A DNA stretch of 64,000 nt from a virus, in the IMG/VR virus record IMGVR_UViG_3300029094_000045; one strand, 5' to 3'. Numbering within the stretch: the stretch's first letter is position 1; the number at the start of each line of letters is the position of its first letter. Both the position numbers and the translations under genes were made by a program. This document shows positions 61,074-64,000 of the stretch, piece by piece. Below the pieces are notes generated by a model, which saw only the letters and a list, made by a program, of their open reading frames with translations, did not search any database and had not been told where the DNA came from.

Positions 61074-61877
61074 ATGACACGAGAAGAATTACAGTGCATC
61101 ATTGCGGGCGAACCGTATGATTTTCTTCGCACCAATCCGCATCTTGGTAAGCATTTGATGTTTCTTACTATTGGCGGCAGTCATGCTTATGGGACTAACG
61201 TGGAAGGGTCCAATGTGGATATCCGGGGTATTGCTTTGAATTCACGGGAAGATTTACTTGGTCTTGGCACTTTTGAGCACTGGGTTGATGAGACGACTGA
61301 TACTACGGTGTTCGGATTCAAGAAAGCTATTGAACTCATGTGCAGCGGAAATCCGAACATATTGGAACAGCTAGGCAATGCAGACGATTTGATTATCAGT
61401 TATCATCCGGCTACGAAGTTGCTAATGGAGAATAAGAAACTTTTCCTGTCAAGACAGGTGGTTTATTCGTTTGGCAGCTTTGCAGATAAAATGTTTAATG
61501 AAGCGGTTAAGTATGGTGAGTTTTACAATCAAATGCAGAAGTTTGGCAGCGTTTGCGATCTATTTAATGTTAAGCGTAAGATGAACAAGACCATTATGAA
61601 CATGATCCGTCTGTATCTTATGGTATTTGACATTCTGGAGAAGGGCGAGATCATAACGAATCGTGCCGCTGCACATGAGCTGCTGATGGAAGCCCGCAGT
61701 GGTGGATTCCAAAATGAAAACGGCTATATCAGTCATGAGCTGAAGAACCTGCAAAAAGAATACGAAAAGCGTTTGCAATATGATAGGGCGAATACCATGT
61801 TGCCAGAGCGGGTCAATATGAAACAAATCGAAGAGTTAGTTATGACTATCAACGAGATGGCTCTAAAGGTTGCGTAA
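61074..61877 (+). CDS. nucleotidyltransferase-fold (Pol-beta superfamily) protein
   Basis: TIGGSHAYGTNVEGSNVDIRGI has the GS-x(9-13)-D pattern. The second acidic residue is not obvious, so the call is tentative. Confidence 0.3.
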   Translation: MTREELQCIIAGEPYDFLRTNPHLGKHLMFLTIGGSHAYGTNVEGSNVDIRGIALNSREDLLGLGTFEHWVDETTDTTVFGFKKAIELMCSGNPNILEQLGNADDLIISYHPATKLLMENKKLFLSRQVVYSFGSFADKMFNEAVKYGEFYNQMQKFGSVCDLFNVKRKMNKTIMNMIRLYLMVFDILEKGEIITNRAAAHELLMEARSGGFQNENGYISHELKNLQKEYEKRLQYDRANTMLPERVNMKQIEELVMTINEMALKVA

Positions 61878-63841
61878 ACACATCGCTATTATAATGAGGA
61901 AGGAGAGCGCTCTCCTAAAGTGAGGGTGTGAAAATTGAATATGTTAAAGCTGTCAGTGTCGGACGCAAACGGCAAGATGGGGAGCATCAAGTCTATCTCG
62001 ATGCCTCGTATTAAAACCTGTGCCTTGGGCGTTCCGTGTGCGAAGACGTGCTATGTCGGTCACTTTGATTGGCGAACGTCGGTACGAAATGCATATGACA
62101 ACAATTTGAAACTGTGGTTGACAGACCCTGACGGCTTTGAAATGCAGGCTACTGCGGCCGCCTATGGATCCTTTTATTTTAGGTGGCATGTCAGTGGTGA
62201 CATTGTGGATATGCAGTATCTTGAAATGATGTGCCGTATCGCAGTCAAGTTGCCGCGCACCCAATTTCTAGCATTCACTAAGAAATATGATTTGGTCAAT
62301 GCTTTTATGGAAGCGGGTGGTACGATTCCAAGCAATTTACATATTTTCTTTTCATCTTGGCCTGGCTATAATATGAGCAATCCCTATAATCTGCCAGTTG
62401 CTTATGTAGCATTTAAAGATGGATGTTGTGAAGCGCCGGCCGATGCACATGAGTGTTCTGGGCATTGCGAGGATTGTGCTTACGCTGGTAAAAACTGCTG
62501 GGTTCTGGGTCCAGGACAGTCGATCGTTTTGAAAGAACATTGAGGGGATTTCCCAGACCCCTATTATAATAAGGTGGGAAGGTGATAGATTTTGGAGAGT
62601 TCTGAGTACGAGAAGGCTGTGAGTTGGCATGAAGAATTCATTGGATGGGCGAAAGACAACAACGCGACTGGCTCTGATGAATACAAGATAACTCGCTATG
62701 CTTTAGAATGCATTCAATTTAGAAACAAGTTTGAGAATTTTGTTCAACGGAACTATAAGGAGGGGCAAGTGTGAGCTATGTTCTTACCAATGGGCACACA
62801 TATATCACAAAAAAGCCCAACAACAAATTCACAGTGACATACGACCCAGGTCTGGCGGTTCAGTTTGATTCCGAGAATAAAGCTTGGAATGTTCTCAAAA
62901 GTCTGCCGAATGCATACAGAGGACAAGGGTATCTGCCGAAGGGTGCTGAAGTTAAAGAAACGAAGGCATCATTAAAAGATCCGGGTATCTCAAAGGCAGA
63001 GTCGCCGCAACAGAAATTGGCACCGGTGTCGTATCCTGTCGAAGACTCTGTGTGGATGGCTGAGTTCAAGAGTCGGCTGAAAATTGTAGATGAGACACTT
63101 GGGATGCTGAAGACAATGTATGCAGGGCTCTATAGTGATCTGAATAAGGCCACTGATGAGATCGATGATCTTGAACATGCAATCGAATTTACCCGAGCAA
63201 ACGCTGTGAAGCGATGCTATCTGGAAAACGAGTTGAAGAGAGTTCGAAAGATCCGTCGTGAGTGCAAAGACGCAATGGGATTGATTGAAATGATTCTGAA
63301 GTTCGACCTGGACGACTGGGGAACCGGAAAGGTAACATCTGCGATTGTACATTTGGAAAATCGGTGCTATGTGCCAAAGGTTAGAGAAGATATTTTTACA
63401 TAAGGAGTGAAAAATTATGAGTGGTGCTGTTTCGTTCGTTTTAGGTTTGTTGGGGCTGGGGGCTGCTGGAGGCATTAACCTCGGACAGAGTGTAAGCCAG
63501 AAGAAAAAAGAAGCTGAATTGGCGGAGATGTACGGTTGGAACGAAACTGATATTGAAGTCAAGAAAATGCGTGAGCGTGTTCGTAAAGAGTGGTGGAGCA
63601 TTCCAGACTGTCATCCAAACTGTCTAGGCAAGTGGCCCAGCGCATATCCCAGTCATATGGGGCCGTACTATCAGACAAAGTTTTGGTTCCGGGACCATTT
63701 GAAAGCTAAAGGGATTCCTTATGATGATGTAATCCTTGATGACGTATGCGGTGTCAATTACGAAAAATTGATGAACGAACAATTTCGAAATGCAGGCAAG
63801 AAGAAGCGCAGATGGTTATGATTTTAAGATACGAGGTAATT

Positions 63842-64000
63842 TATGCAAGCATATGAAGCGTTGAAGTCAGTTTTAATGTCTGTCGAACGAAATCATTCCA
63901 AATTAAGGGTAGAACCAAATTCAGATGGTGTAGTTCACGACAAGTGGGAAGCCGAAGATGAGGCATTAGGTGATTTGGAAGAAGCCCTTGAAGAAGCTGT
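63842..64000 (+). CDS. hypothetical protein, 5' part (runs off the window end)
   Basis: ATG after AGGTAATTT; frame open to the end: MQAYEALKSVLMSVERNHSKL... Confidence 0.3.

Overview
This window reads as part of a large tailed-phage genome. It has strong AGGAGG-type ribosome-binding sites, about 42% GC, and tightly packed or overlapping genes, as expected for a phage of a Gram-positive host, possibly an anaerobe.

Layout. On the minus strand from the left edge: a packaging module (partial portal, terminase large subunit split by a ~250-nt intervening sequence, putative small subunit), a metallophosphoesterase, a large polymerase-like protein carrying an RNA-polymerase-type ADYDGD motif, an HNH endonuclease, a PhoH/PIN ATPase and five small genes. 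A 1.3-kb divergent control region lies at ~16.0-17.3 kb. From 17.3 kb everything is on the plus strand: a long run of small early-type genes; an RNA island (seven tRNAs, a full tmRNA/ssrA-like gene with a variant tag, tRNA mini-helices); a radical-SAM enzyme; an SPFH lipoprotein; a second HNH gene; a ubiquitin-like/JAB/E1 cassette; a retron-type reverse transcriptase preceded by a duplicated structured non-coding element; a tandem array of paralogous small genes interrupted by a tyrosine recombinase; an NAD+ reconstitution/salvage cluster (Prs-like, Nampt-like, macro domain, NadE, PncA); and HD-hydrolase, Cys-phosphatase and nucleotidyltransferase-fold genes.

Most unusual signal. Seventeen proteins in this window (5 minus-strand, 12 plus-strand) share an invariant C-terminal peptide [N/D/S/E]-E-C-x-C-x-S-L-L(I)-COOH. 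It is fused to at least six unrelated N-terminal domains and is conserved at the protein level despite synonymous codon changes. This family sits beside a complete-looking Ubl / large unknown / JAMM protease / E1-like adenylase cassette, an RT and a recombinase. I could not match the combination to any described system.

Other observations. Three in-frame TAG codons occur in two otherwise coherent genes. A tRNA-Leu gene overlaps the 3' end of a homing-endonuclease gene. All calls rest on reading motifs by eye; no database search was possible.
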